Assembly (NCBI GenBank): GCA_934691225.1
Contig: CAKUSQ010000001.1
Span: 668,228-700,227 of the forward strand
Length of the DNA stretch: 32,000 bases
From: an uncultured Opitutales bacterium
GTDB lineage: Bacteria > Verrucomicrobiota > Verrucomicrobiia > Opitutales > UBA9783
Direction of reading: 5' to 3'
The notes beneath the pieces were generated by a model, which was not told the DNA's origin, did not search any database, and saw only the letters and a program-made list of their open reading frames with translations. Shown here in pieces: positions 1 to 9,485 of this stretch. Each line of letters begins with the position of its first letter. Within the stretch, counting starts at the first letter, position 1. The translations under genes were made by a program, and so were the position numbers.

Positions 1-1048
1 GAAAGCTTTTGTCGCGATTAACTTGAAAATCGTTGATACAGGTTTTGTTTTTTAATTCAGCTAAACGTTGTTTTAAAATGATTTCTATGAGTTCCCAAGC
101 AACGGATTCTTTGAGGTCATTTAAGATGAGATGAGAGCGAGGTGTCAAATATCGTTGCGCTTGTAAATAAAGTGTTGTTTCAGGTAATTCTTTATTGGAA
201 AAAATGCTAACTTCTAATTTGTCTTTAGGCGATGAAATAGGCCCAAAATCAGGATTAGATAATGTTAATGCATTATTTTTTTCTTTTTGTGGAGTAGCAA
301 ATGTAGCTTTAATGTGTTTTAATACATCACGTTTATTTAGGTCTCCTGTTACGATGATAGACATTCTGTGTGGTTTATACCATTGATTATAAAAATCAAA
401 AAAATGCTTGGATGTGAAACTATTTATAGTGTCTTCCACACCTATAATAAATCGTTTTGAAAGTAAGGAATCAGGATATAAAAATTTAGACATTGCTTTG
501 TAAGATCTGTAGAGAATGGAATCGTGTGTTCGCATTTCGGATAATATAACACCGCGTTCACGTTCAATTTCTTCCGGTAAAAATAAGCAACCGAAAGCTT
601 GATCCCATAAAACTTTCAGACCTTTAATAAGGTCGGCATTATCATTGTGAGGAAGGTCAATTTGGTAGCAGGTATAAAGGTAATGTGTAAAAGCATTAGT
701 GTCGTTACCAAACCCCATACCGTTATCTTGAAAGTAATGAATTAAAGTTCCAGGTTTGAAATTTTTGGTTCCATTGAATGTCATATGTTCAATAAAATGA
801 GCAATACCATCATTGGTCTCATTTTCCATGGCCGCACCTGCATTGACCATTAAGCGTAAACTGATAAAACCTTTGGGGGAAGCGTGAGGATAGATGTAGT
901 AATGCATACCATTAGGCAGTACTCCATGCGTTAATTCAGGTGCTTGTTTGAGGGGTGCATTCCATTCAGGTGATTTTTTACTAAAAAGCCCTGGCAAGCA
1001 GGTAAAAATGATGAAATAAAGTAGGATGTTTTTATAAATGCGTATCAT
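1..1048 (-). CDS. M16 (pitrilysin-family) zinc peptidase, secreted; 3' end runs off the window
   Basis: Hand translation of the minus strand from the ATG at 1048-1046 gives MIRIYKNILLYFIIFTCLPGLFSKK, which looks like a signal peptide. It continues to NDGIAHFIEHMTFNGTKNF, which carries the HxxEH inverted-zincin motif. The frame stays open to position 1. Its ATG overlaps the TGA of the upstream M16 gene (ATGA). It is absent from the ORF track because it has no stop codon in the window. Confidence 0.85.
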   Translation of the reverse strand, partial: MIRIYKNILLYFIIFTCLPGLFSKKSPEWNAPLKQAPELTHGVLPNGMHYYIYPHASPKGFISLRLMVNAGAAMENETNDGIAHFIEHMTFNGTKNFKPGTLIHYFQDNGMGFGNDTNAFTHYLYTCYQIDLPHNDNADLIKGLKVLWDQAFGCLFLPEEIERERGVILSEMRTHDSILYRSYKAMSKFLYPDSLLSKRFIIGVEDTINSFTSKHFFDFYNQWYKPHRMSIIVTGDLNKRDVLKHIKATFATPQKEKNNALTLSNPDFGPISSPKDKLEVSIFSNKELPETTLYLQAQRYLTPRSHLILNDLKESVAWELIEIILKQRLAELKNKTCINDFQVNRDKSF

Positions 1049-3657
1049 AAGTTACAAAGTTTAGGGGTTATGAGTAAAGTGCATGCGTTAGAGGGTGATA
1101 ACCATTGTCGGCAATTTTCAAAGAATTCATCTAAGGTTATAGAATTGATATGTTGTTCATAAGCATTCCATTGTTCTAGTGGTAAACCTAGAAGGCAATG
1201 ATAACCTACTTGAAAAGCTTTGCGTCCTATGGTTTGTAAGCGCAATTGATGGTTAACGTTTAAACAGGTTCGGCAAATTTCAAATTCTTGACGTGTAATT
1301 TTTTGATCTAATACGCGTTTAATGCATTTAAACATTTCCTGTTCAACCGTGTTTATAGCTTCCCTTTGTGTACCTGCAAATAAGCAAAACATACCTGTTT
1401 GCAGGCCTAACAATCGGGTGGCTCCAACTGTGTATGCAAGCCCTCGCTTTTCACGAACTTCTTCTACAAAAAAGCTGGATAATCCATTAAATAATTCCTC
1501 TAAAAATTCGCTTGCGTAAAAGTTTTTACCTATCATGCCATCGATAGGATACGCTTGAAAAACCATAGCTTGTTCTTTGTTCAGTTGCAAAGTTGAATGG
1601 GGTAGCGGTTTAAATGAAAGATTGTCTTTTAAAGGTAAAAAATCGCGGTTGTACTTCAATGCTTGGCACAAAGGACTTAAGTAGTTCGTGATTTCTTCTT
1701 GCGATAAAGAGGTAGAAACAGAAAGAATGCAGTTGTTTTTGCATACAAGTTGTTTGTAAAGTTGTATGCAGTCTTCAAGATTTATGTTCGGGATGCTAGA
1801 TTCGCAACCTAATTGTCCTATGCAATAGGGATGTTGCTGGAAAAATTGCTGGCGAATTTTTTGAAAACCTACATAGAATACATCATCTTGCATTTCTTGC
1901 AGTTCGGCTAATTGAGCATTTTTTTCAGTTGTAAATGTATCGGGTAAAAAAGCAGGTTCGGTAAGCGCATTTTTTAAAATATGACATGCAAGTTCAATAT
2001 CTTTTGATAGAACTTCAACCGATAAACCAAAGTGATTATTACCTGAAAAACTATTAAATTGCCCACCTATGCGTTCAATGGATTCGGCTATTTCTAACGT
2101 TGATTGGTGTTGAGTGTCTTTGGTTAGTAAGGTTGCTAACAATTGTGTTAATCCGCGCTTATCGTTGGTTTCATAGAGTGATCCAGCTGCAAAAAGTGCT
2201 TGAATATTTGTTTTAGGAAAATGATCGCAATGCTGTACAAGAACACGAACACCTTCAATCGTAATTTCTTGAATGCCTAATGAAACGGTTTTAGATGTAC
2301 GTTGAAAATGCTTGTCATTAGAACAGCCATAAGGATCTAAAGAGACATGCGTGCAAGAAACTTCTTTAAAATATTTACCAATAATACTTTTTACTGCATC
2401 CGGTGTTAAATTCCGTAATTCTTCTAAATAATGTTTTGTATAATTTTCATCGCCTAAACAGACGTTAGCCCATCCAATGTGATGCGCCTGACCTGAAACC
2501 GTTTTTTGTGTATCTAACTCAGAAATGATAGCTTGATTATAAGCTTTTTGAATGGTTTGTTCTGATATATGATCGTAAGATAACTTCGCTAAATTTGTTT
2601 GTAAATAAGACTCAACTTGAGCTTTTTTATGACTATCACAGGTATATTGTATCCAAAATAATCCTTGTCCGTCGGCCATCCAAGAAGAGGCATCAATGTT
2701 ATATATGATGTGCAATTCTTCACGAAGTTTTTGATATAATAGAGAACTTTCACCACTGCCTAACACACTTGCAAGTACTTGCAATTTAGCGCTATCTTTG
2801 TGACCAATCCCTGGGATTTTATACGCAATGGTACCGCGCGATAATTGATAATCTCCGTGGTCTTGAGCGTTTCGCTGTGCTAATTGAAAGGGTTCTTGTG
2901 GAATAAATATTGGGGCAACGCTTCTAGGCAGATAATTGCCTAGATAATGTTGTACTTTGTCTTTTACCTCTGAAAGCTCTAAATTGCCTGCAATAACCAA
3001 GGTCATGTTATTGATAGCGTAGCGTTCTTTCCAGTAAGCTAGTAAATCATCGCATGTTAATTTTTTAAATATGTTGCGAATGCCAATGATAGGATAATGG
3101 TAGGGGTGTTTTTGAAAGGCATTTTTGAAAAGAATTTGGCTTAAGCGATCATCTGGATCATCGTTGCACATGTCAATTTCTCGCAGGATAACATCGCGTT
3201 CCTTATTGAGTTCATTTTCATCAAAAATTGAACATTGAAGCATGTCACCTAAAATATCTAAACCCGTATCTAACGATTGCGTGCAACCATCATAGGTATA
3301 AACTGTCCTGTCAAATGAGGTATAAGCATTTATTTTTGCCCCTTGCGCTTGTGTTTCTTTGAAAATTTGACCATAGGTTCTTTTTTCAGTCCCTTTAAAC
3401 ACCATGTGTTCAACAAAATGAGAAATGCCGGATCCTAAAAATCGACCTTCATGAATGCTGCCTGTTTTAACCCACATTTGAAGTGCAAGCACATCCGTGT
3501 TTTGTACAGGAAGGAATAAAATAGATAGTCCATTATCAAGTTGAAAATGTATAGATTTTTGCGATAAAAAAGATATTTCTTCCTGCGAAACCATAGACAT
3601 TTTTATTATTGTTTTATAGGTTTGAGTTGTAAAGACTAAAATTGATAAATAGTTCAC
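1045..3657 (-). CDS. Two-unit M16 zinc peptidase (fused active and inactive halves)
   Basis: 870-aa ORF. The N-terminal half carries GISHFVEHMVFKGT (HxxEH) and a downstream REIDM-type Glu region. The second half repeats the M16 fold without HxxEH (LTQLLATLL). The start is more likely the ATG at 3600 (MSMVSQEE...) than the one at 3657. Confidence 0.9.
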   Translation of the reverse strand: MNYLSILVFTTQTYKTIIKMSMVSQEEISFLSQKSIHFQLDNGLSILFLPVQNTDVLALQMWVKTGSIHEGRFLGSGISHFVEHMVFKGTEKRTYGQIFKETQAQGAKINAYTSFDRTVYTYDGCTQSLDTGLDILGDMLQCSIFDENELNKERDVILREIDMCNDDPDDRLSQILFKNAFQKHPYHYPIIGIRNIFKKLTCDDLLAYWKERYAINNMTLVIAGNLELSEVKDKVQHYLGNYLPRSVAPIFIPQEPFQLAQRNAQDHGDYQLSRGTIAYKIPGIGHKDSAKLQVLASVLGSGESSLLYQKLREELHIIYNIDASSWMADGQGLFWIQYTCDSHKKAQVESYLQTNLAKLSYDHISEQTIQKAYNQAIISELDTQKTVSGQAHHIGWANVCLGDENYTKHYLEELRNLTPDAVKSIIGKYFKEVSCTHVSLDPYGCSNDKHFQRTSKTVSLGIQEITIEGVRVLVQHCDHFPKTNIQALFAAGSLYETNDKRGLTQLLATLLTKDTQHQSTLEIAESIERIGGQFNSFSGNNHFGLSVEVLSKDIELACHILKNALTEPAFLPDTFTTEKNAQLAELQEMQDDVFYVGFQKIRQQFFQQHPYCIGQLGCESSIPNINLEDCIQLYKQLVCKNNCILSVSTSLSQEEITNYLSPLCQALKYNRDFLPLKDNLSFKPLPHSTLQLNKEQAMVFQAYPIDGMIGKNFYASEFLEELFNGLSSFFVEEVREKRGLAYTVGATRLLGLQTGMFCLFAGTQREAINTVEQEMFKCIKRVLDQKITRQEFEICRTCLNVNHQLRLQTIGRKAFQVGYHCLLGLPLEQWNAYEQHINSITLDEFFENCRQWLSPSNACTLLITPKLCNL

Positions 3658-3794
3658 AGCAAATGCCTAGTTTTAGTAGAATGCTGAGGTTATGAACGAA
3701 TGCATTATTAAAATTGACATAATTTTTATTTTTGTCAAAATGTGTACCTATGTGGATCTCTAAGTGTTTCTGATGCAATTCTAGAATAATTAAT

Positions 3795-5189
3795 GTGAGG
3801 AGAATATTCATATTTTTTTTTGCAAAAGTAGCTGTATGTATGGCTATCATCGTAAGTTCGATTGGCTATGCTTATCCTAGGTTTTTTGAAACAAAATTAA
3901 CGGAAGATAAAGAAGTCGTATTGTTTAGGCCTTTTGTAGCTAGGTATAAATATAATTTGCATGGAAATTATCGTGAAGAAAATTATTTGCTGTATCCATT
4001 AGGTCGAGAGTATCGTCAGAAAGGCCATTTATACTGGAGTACTTTGTTGGGTTTGTTTAATTATGAACTCAGGGAAACCGATCGTAGGTTGCAAGAGGGG
4101 GCGTTTTATCCTTTTTATTTTTTTAAGAAGGGATTTAGTAAAGAAGCTGATTATGCTGCTATTTGGCCATTAGGAGGAACGGTTAAAAATTTTTTAGGTA
4201 AAGATCAATCCGATTGGTTTTTATGGCCGTTGTGGGTAAAAACAAAGAATAACGGAACAATTAATTACTGGTTTCCATGGCCATTTTTAAATAAATGTAC
4301 AGGAAATGCAGATGGTTTTGGATTTTGGCCATTGGGAGGACATTTTTTTCAAAAAGATGTGTATGATAAGCGTTATGTGCTTTGGCCTTTGTTTTATCAT
4401 CATGCGTATTTTCAGGATAACACAATTAAGAAAGGTTTTTTGCCATTTTATGCGTACGAATATAGTCCTAATGTTAAAGATTTATCCATTTTTTGGCCTA
4501 TTTGGGGGCATCGTTGGGAAAAAACACCGCGCTACGAAGAGCATCGTATTTTGTGGCCATTATGGGTTCAAGGACGAGGGGTAGAACGCAATGTGAATCG
4601 TTGGGCCCCTTTTTACACACATTCGGAAAATAAACGTTTAAAGCATGAAAAGACGTGGTATCTATGGCCTTTGATTAAACATCAACGTTGGGAAGAGCGT
4701 GGAGTTGATGTCCAACAAGAACAGTTTATGTACTTTATTTTTTGGCATCAGGAACAAAAAGATTGTAAAACGAAAAAATTTTTGGCAAGGAAAACACATT
4801 TTTGGCCGTTTTATAGTTATTGGGAGAATAATCAAGGCTGCAAACAATTACAAATGTTGAGTCCTTTTGAAGTTTTTTTTCAAGGTAATAAAGTGATTCA
4901 GGATGTTTATACACCTTTGTTTAGTTTGTATCGTTACAATGAAAATAGCTATGGTGTTGAACAGAGTTTTTTGTTCAATATGTTTCGTGAAAAAAGGACG
5001 ATGAATGATGAAGTAACAATGAATTTTAGTTTTTTGTTGGATTATAAAAATACGCAGCAAGAAAAATCAATTTCGTTATTGAAAGGTTTGTTTGAATATA
5101 AGAAAATTAACAATGAAAAATCCTTGAAATTATTTTGGATGAGATTGAAAAAAAATCAGACAAGCAAAAAGGATTGTAAAGTTTTATGA
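3795..5189 (+). CDS. Secreted repeat protein of unknown function with about 16 aromatic-Pro-Leu/Phe repeats (WPLW/WPLG/WPFY)
   Basis: 464-aa ORF with a GTG start and a signal-like N-terminus (MRRIFIFFFAKVAVCMAIIVSSIGYA). The motifs YPLG, YPFY, WPLG, WPLW, WPFL, WPLG, WPLF, LPFY, WPIW, WPLW, APFY, WPLI, WPFY, SPFE and TPLF recur every roughly 18-25 residues. Its TGA overlaps the mlaE ATG (ATGA at 5186-5189). Confidence 0.7.
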   Translation: MRRIFIFFFAKVAVCMAIIVSSIGYAYPRFFETKLTEDKEVVLFRPFVARYKYNLHGNYREENYLLYPLGREYRQKGHLYWSTLLGLFNYELRETDRRLQEGAFYPFYFFKKGFSKEADYAAIWPLGGTVKNFLGKDQSDWFLWPLWVKTKNNGTINYWFPWPFLNKCTGNADGFGFWPLGGHFFQKDVYDKRYVLWPLFYHHAYFQDNTIKKGFLPFYAYEYSPNVKDLSIFWPIWGHRWEKTPRYEEHRILWPLWVQGRGVERNVNRWAPFYTHSENKRLKHEKTWYLWPLIKHQRWEERGVDVQQEQFMYFIFWHQEQKDCKTKKFLARKTHFWPFYSYWENNQGCKQLQMLSPFEVFFQGNKVIQDVYTPLFSLYRYNENSYGVEQSFLFNMFREKRTMNDEVTMNFSFLLDYKNTQQEKSISLLKGLFEYKKINNEKSLKLFWMRLKKNQTSKKDCKVL

Positions 5190-5929
5190 GAATTTTAAAA
5201 GATTGGCAATATGCGTTTAGTTTGCTGGTGGGTTCCTTGAAAGAATTGAGGTACCTGATGCGTCAGCTGCCACGTTGCATTGCACATAGTTGCAATATTG
5301 GTTATAAAACATTACCGATTGTTGCCATTTTAAGTTTGTTTATGGGAGGAATTTTAGCCCTGCAAACCGGGTATAGTTTAAGTAAATTACCCGGAGCACA
5401 ATCGTTTTTGGGAAGCATTGTTGGATTATCTATGTGTCGAGAATTGGGGCCTTTAATGACGGCTTTTTTGTTAACCGGGCGCGTGGGATCAGCTATTACA
5501 GCAGAATTAGCTTCGATGTCCGTTTATCAAGAAATTGATGCATTACGAACGATGAATTTGTCGCCAGTTCGTTTATTGGTGATGCCACGATTGTTAGGAG
5601 GATTATTAATGATGCCATTTTTAACCATGTTTTCAAATGTTTTGGGATGGTTAGGTGGATGGCTAATTGTAAAAATGGTAGATATAATTTCCATTGATGG
5701 AAGCATTTATTGGCGCAGTTTGAAACAGTATGTGGATGTGGAAAGCATTTGTGATGGTTTGATAAAAGCTGAATCTTTTGCATTAACCATCATACTTATG
5801 AGTTGTTCAATCGGGCTCAGGACGCGTGGAGGGCCACGAGAGATAGGTGCTTCCGTAACTAGCACCTTGGTACAAACGATGGTAGCTATTTTGGTACTAG
5901 ATTACTTTTTAACCAATTTGCTTATTTAA
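5186..5929 (+). CDS. mlaE: MlaE-type ABC transporter permease
   Basis: 247-aa polytopic membrane protein. It has MlaE/YrbE-like segments (LPIVAILSLFMGGILALQ, MCRELGPLMTAFLLTGRVGSAITAELASM, EIDALRTMNLSPV) and lies immediately upstream of the cognate ATPase. Confidence 0.9.
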   Translation: MRILKDWQYAFSLLVGSLKELRYLMRQLPRCIAHSCNIGYKTLPIVAILSLFMGGILALQTGYSLSKLPGAQSFLGSIVGLSMCRELGPLMTAFLLTGRVGSAITAELASMSVYQEIDALRTMNLSPVRLLVMPRLLGGLLMMPFLTMFSNVLGWLGGWLIVKMVDIISIDGSIYWRSLKQYVDVESICDGLIKAESFALTIILMSCSIGLRTRGGPREIGASVTSTLVQTMVAILVLDYFLTNLLI

Positions 5930-5932
5930 ATT

Positions 5933-6718
5933 ATGTCTATTTTTAATTCGAAAACAAAAACAGCTGTTTCTATCAAAGTAGAAGAGGTAAGCAAAACCTT
6001 TGGTTCACATACGGTTTTAGAGAAATTAAATCTGTCGGTATCACCAGGTGAAGTTTTTGTTTTAATGGGACCAAGTGGTACAGGTAAAAGTGTTTTTTTA
6101 AAGTTGCTTTCAGGGTTGGATCAGCCTACTTCCGGTAAAATTGAAATCAATCATACGCCATTGAAAGAAGTTCGGGCGACACAAAAGTACGTATTAGGAC
6201 TTGTTTTTCAAGCAGGTGCCTTATTCAATTCGATGAATGTATTTGATAATTTGGCACTGTACTTTCGCGAGCATGCTCTATTTAGCGAAGCTGAAATAGA
6301 AAAACGTATTGGGCAAGTTTTGCATCTTTTAAACTTGAGGGATGCAGCCTTATTGATGCCAGCTGATTTGTCTGGAGGTATGAAAAAACGTGTAGCGTTG
6401 GCTCGTGGATTGCTTATGGAACCTGATGTTTTATTGTTTGATGAGCCTACTTCAGAACTTGATCCGATGACGGCCGCTTCCATCATAGAATTAATTGGCT
6501 ATGTCAATAAGAATTTAGGCATTACTACCGTTATTGCTTCACACGATATTGCTTTAGCCAGAAGTATAGGGCACCACATTGGCGTTTTACAGAATGGTAA
6601 AATTGAGGAGATTTATACCCCAGAAACGCTTATACAATCCAGCAATGTTTTTGTTAAGAATTTTTTAAATCCAACCGTTAATATAGAACATCCTAAATTT
6701 GTATCTTTTTTATCATGA
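5933..6718 (+). CDS. mlaF: MlaF-type ABC transporter ATP-binding protein
   Basis: Walker A GPSGTGKS, ABC signature LSGGMKKR, Walker B LLFDEPTSELD and H-loop SHD. Its stop overlaps the start of the MCE gene. Confidence 0.92.
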   Translation: MSIFNSKTKTAVSIKVEEVSKTFGSHTVLEKLNLSVSPGEVFVLMGPSGTGKSVFLKLLSGLDQPTSGKIEINHTPLKEVRATQKYVLGLVFQAGALFNSMNVFDNLALYFREHALFSEAEIEKRIGQVLHLLNLRDAALLMPADLSGGMKKRVALARGLLMEPDVLLFDEPTSELDPMTAASIIELIGYVNKNLGITTVIASHDIALARSIGHHIGVLQNGKIEEIYTPETLIQSSNVFVKNFLNPTVNIEHPKFVSFLS

Positions 6719-7707
6719 AAACAAAGTATGAAAGTATTCGCGTAATTCTGTTTGCCGTATTTGGGTTATTCCTAATGTATGTTGTTTATTCAGCGTTGAA
6801 TAACTTATCTGTTTCGCGACATGACAGTTACAATATTAAAGCACTTTTTACCGATTTAAAACAATTGCAAATCGGCGATGATGTTAGGATTGCGGGTGTT
6901 CGTGTAGGAAGCGTTACCCATACTTATCTTAATAAGGGTTTGGCTGTAGCTGTATTGAGCATAGAAAAAAAATACGCTATACCTGAAGATTCTGTCGCTA
7001 CTATTTTAATGGCTGGATTGTTGGGAGCGAATTATATTTCTATTGTTCCAGGAATCTCAACAAATATGATGGATGAATCAGGTTTTTTAGAAACGCAAAA
7101 AGTTTCGGATGTTTCTTCAGTGATTCAAAAATTTAGTTCTATCGGTGATCGATTGAATCGAATTTTGTCAGGATTTGATGGAAGCGATGAAGGTGATGCC
7201 TCAGGAAGGCCTAATTTGTTTCAGGAATTGGGTGATTTCTTCCACAATAATAAAGATAAATTAGAAAAAATTGTGGACAATATTTCAGAGATTACCGGAA
7301 AGATTTCAGAAGGGCAGGGGACTTTGGGCCGACTTATCAATGAGGATCAAGCTTACAATGATTTGTTAGATACCATGCAGTCTATAAAAACAGCTGCACT
7401 TAAGGTGGATTCTATATTGAAAAATTTTGATGATATTTCCAAAAACATAAAAGATGGTGACGGATTGCTGTGCAAATTAATTTCAGACGAAAAAACAGCG
7501 CAATCCTTTGAAGAAATCTTAAACAATATTAAGTCGTTTTCAAATAAGTTAAATAGTGAAAATAGCACTTTGGGACGTATCATTTCAAATGATGATTTGT
7601 ATAAGCAGGCAGAAGCAACTTTAGGAAAAGTCGAAAAAGCTGTGGATAGCGTTTCAAATTCAGGCCCTATCACTGCTGTTGGAGCCGCTGCAAGTGCATT
7701 ATTTTAA
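6715..7707 (+). CDS. mlaD: MlaD-like MCE-domain substrate-binding protein with a long helical C-terminal extension
   Basis: N-terminal TM anchor (VILFAVFGLFLMYVVY) and an MCE core (GDDVRIAGVRVGSV). The C-terminus has three copies of a TLGRLI(N/S)xDxxY-like motif, which is typical of extended MCE proteins. Confidence 0.85.
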   Translation: MKTKYESIRVILFAVFGLFLMYVVYSALNNLSVSRHDSYNIKALFTDLKQLQIGDDVRIAGVRVGSVTHTYLNKGLAVAVLSIEKKYAIPEDSVATILMAGLLGANYISIVPGISTNMMDESGFLETQKVSDVSSVIQKFSSIGDRLNRILSGFDGSDEGDASGRPNLFQELGDFFHNNKDKLEKIVDNISEITGKISEGQGTLGRLINEDQAYNDLLDTMQSIKTAALKVDSILKNFDDISKNIKDGDGLLCKLISDEKTAQSFEEILNNIKSFSNKLNSENSTLGRIISNDDLYKQAEATLGKVEKAVDSVSNSGPITAVGAAASALF

Positions 7708-7714
7708 TACAAAG

Positions 7715-8884
7715 ATGCATTTTAATTTAACTAAATCTTCTTTTGAAAAATGTTGTAAGTATTATGAAGAGATAGCAGAGGTAGAAAAACGTTTTGATCG
7801 TATCCAAGCACAAAATTTGCATCCATTGGATAAAATTTATATCCTTTTGCAAACATGTAAATTAGGTACACTTAATTTTTCACATTTGGCACGTTGTGGT
7901 TTCATTGCTAGTTCGTTTTTAAAATCATTTGTAACAAAAGGTATTATTTCTGAGGAAGAAAAGACGGCACTTATAAATAATATTCAAACGATTACAGGAC
8001 AATTTTTTGAAAAAACGCAAGAAGCTATAATGGGTAATATTTCAAAAGAAGATTGCATTCAAACCTATGGCCATTTGCGTCCTGGTACGTATGATATTAC
8101 TTCCCCAACTTACCGTTCAGATCCAGATAAATATTTATTTGCTAATACTTCCGTAAAGGAAAAATCTAAAACAGCTAAAACGGTATTTGGTAGCACTAAA
8201 TTGGAATCAAGTTTAAAAGAATTGTTTGATATTTCTTTGGATGATTTTAAGAAATTTTTATCACAAGCTATTGCAGGACGAGAGTATTCTAAGTTTGTTT
8301 TTACACGTTATGTTTCACTTGTGTTAGATCTTATTAAAGAGATGGGTCAGTCTTACGGTTTTAGTGCGGACGACATGTCTCATTTGCCTGTCACTGTATT
8401 TGAAGATGTTAGAAATGGGTTATATTCTGTAAAAGATGTAAAAAATTTGTTTAAATCTATCATTGAACCAGGTAAAGAGTACGATCGAGTTATACAAAGT
8501 ATAGAATTGCCACCATTGATAAAGCAAACAGAGGATTTTTATTCATTTTTTGTTCCAAAAACATTGCCTAATTTTATTGGGGATAAGTGTATAGAAACGG
8601 AATTGATTTATTTAAAAAATTCAATGCATACAGATGGAGTTTGCTTAAAAAATAAGATTGTTTTAATTGAAAAAGCAGATCCAGGTTTTGATTGGATTTT
8701 TAATTACGGAATTGCTGGACTTATTACAGCTTATGGGGGTCCTAATTCTCATATGGCGATTCGAGCAGCTGAATTTCATTTGCCTGCTAGTATTGGTGTG
8801 GGGTCATCATTGTTCGATAAGTTAAAAACTGCACAATTTGTTCAATTAGACTGTTCAGCTCATAGGCTTAATGTTATTCGGTGA
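7715..8884 (+). CDS. PEP-utilising-enzyme mobile (phosphohistidine swivel) domain protein; resembles the C-terminal half of PpsA/PPDK/Cj1418-type kinases and has no ATP-grasp half
   Basis: The C-terminus carries GGPNSHMAIRAAEFHLPASIGV, the PEP-utilisers His signature. The upstream segment YGHLRPGTYDITSP resembles the linker region of PPDK_N-containing enzymes. The ATG at 7715 lies just after the mlaD stop. The track's 7679 start would overlap mlaD. Confidence 0.7.
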   Translation: MHFNLTKSSFEKCCKYYEEIAEVEKRFDRIQAQNLHPLDKIYILLQTCKLGTLNFSHLARCGFIASSFLKSFVTKGIISEEEKTALINNIQTITGQFFEKTQEAIMGNISKEDCIQTYGHLRPGTYDITSPTYRSDPDKYLFANTSVKEKSKTAKTVFGSTKLESSLKELFDISLDDFKKFLSQAIAGREYSKFVFTRYVSLVLDLIKEMGQSYGFSADDMSHLPVTVFEDVRNGLYSVKDVKNLFKSIIEPGKEYDRVIQSIELPPLIKQTEDFYSFFVPKTLPNFIGDKCIETELIYLKNSMHTDGVCLKNKIVLIEKADPGFDWIFNYGIAGLITAYGGPNSHMAIRAAEFHLPASIGVGSSLFDKLKTAQFVQLDCSAHRLNVIR

Positions 8885-8888
8885 TATT

Positions 8889-9485
8889 ATGTTAAAAGTT
8901 GGTATTACTCAACGTGTTGATTACATTGAATCCATAGGAGAAACGCGTGATGTTTTAGACCAGCGTTGGGTAGAACTACTGAAAAATAATGGGATAATTT
9001 TGATCCCTATACCTAATAAGTGTTTTGTTCAAAGCTTTATTGATGTGGTTAAGTTGAATGGAATTATTGTAAGTGGTGGAAATGATCATGCATCTCGTTT
9101 AGCTTGTGAAACGGATTGCGTTGATTACTGTTTAAAACATCAACTGCCTTTATTAGGTGTGTGTCATGGGATGCAGTTTATAGGACAATTTTTTGGTTCC
9201 CATTTGGTACGTATTGAGGAGCATGTTGGAAATTGTCATGATGTAAATATAAGAGATAATCGTTATGGAATTCCAAGAGGTAATTTTAAAGTTAACTCTT
9301 TTCATAATTTTACATTGGATAAGGTACCGAGTGTGTTTTTTGTTTTGGCAACCGATAACGCAGGACATTGTGAAGCTATGTTTCACAAAAATTTACCAGT
9401 AGTAACCTTTATGTGGCATCCTGAGCGTCCACCATTTTTGAATTGGTTTAATCATTTTATAAAGAATTTTTATGAAGAATACTAA
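8889..9485 (+). CDS. Class-I glutamine amidotransferase / peptidase C26 (gamma-glutamyl hydrolase type)
   Basis: Nucleophile elbow LLGVCHGMQF and a C-terminal catalytic His-Glu (FMWHPER). It is about 200 aa, begins MLKVGITQR and starts 5 nt after the upstream stop. Confidence 0.8.
   Translation: MLKVGITQRVDYIESIGETRDVLDQRWVELLKNNGIILIPIPNKCFVQSFIDVVKLNGIIVSGGNDHASRLACETDCVDYCLKHQLPLLGVCHGMQFIGQFFGSHLVRIEEHVGNCHDVNIRDNRYGIPRGNFKVNSFHNFTLDKVPSVFFVLATDNAGHCEAMFHKNLPVVTFMWHPERPPFLNWFNHFIKNFYEEY

Noticed and set aside
3813-3821. A T9 homopolymer in the first codons of the WPLW-repeat gene might be a phase-variation tract.
   Set aside because: Runs of this length are common in such AT-rich DNA (for example 13313-13320 and several A/T runs in intergenic regions). 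The tract encodes the hydrophobic core of the signal peptide (FFF). There is no evidence of variability from a single sequence.
3614-3850. A 78-aa minus-strand ORF spans the divergent intergenic region.
   Set aside because: It overlaps the 5' ends of both flanking genes, is Ile/Asn/Leu-rich as expected from AT-rich non-coding DNA, and has no motif. The region is more likely the shared promoter region.
7679-7714. The track gives an upstream start (7679) for the PEP-utilising-domain ORF, and similar alternative TTG/GTG starts at 8871, 10203, 11467, 14613 and 31266.
   Set aside because: These starts overlap the preceding genes or use weak codons. ATG codons a few codons downstream give the tight ATGA or short-gap junctions seen throughout the operon.
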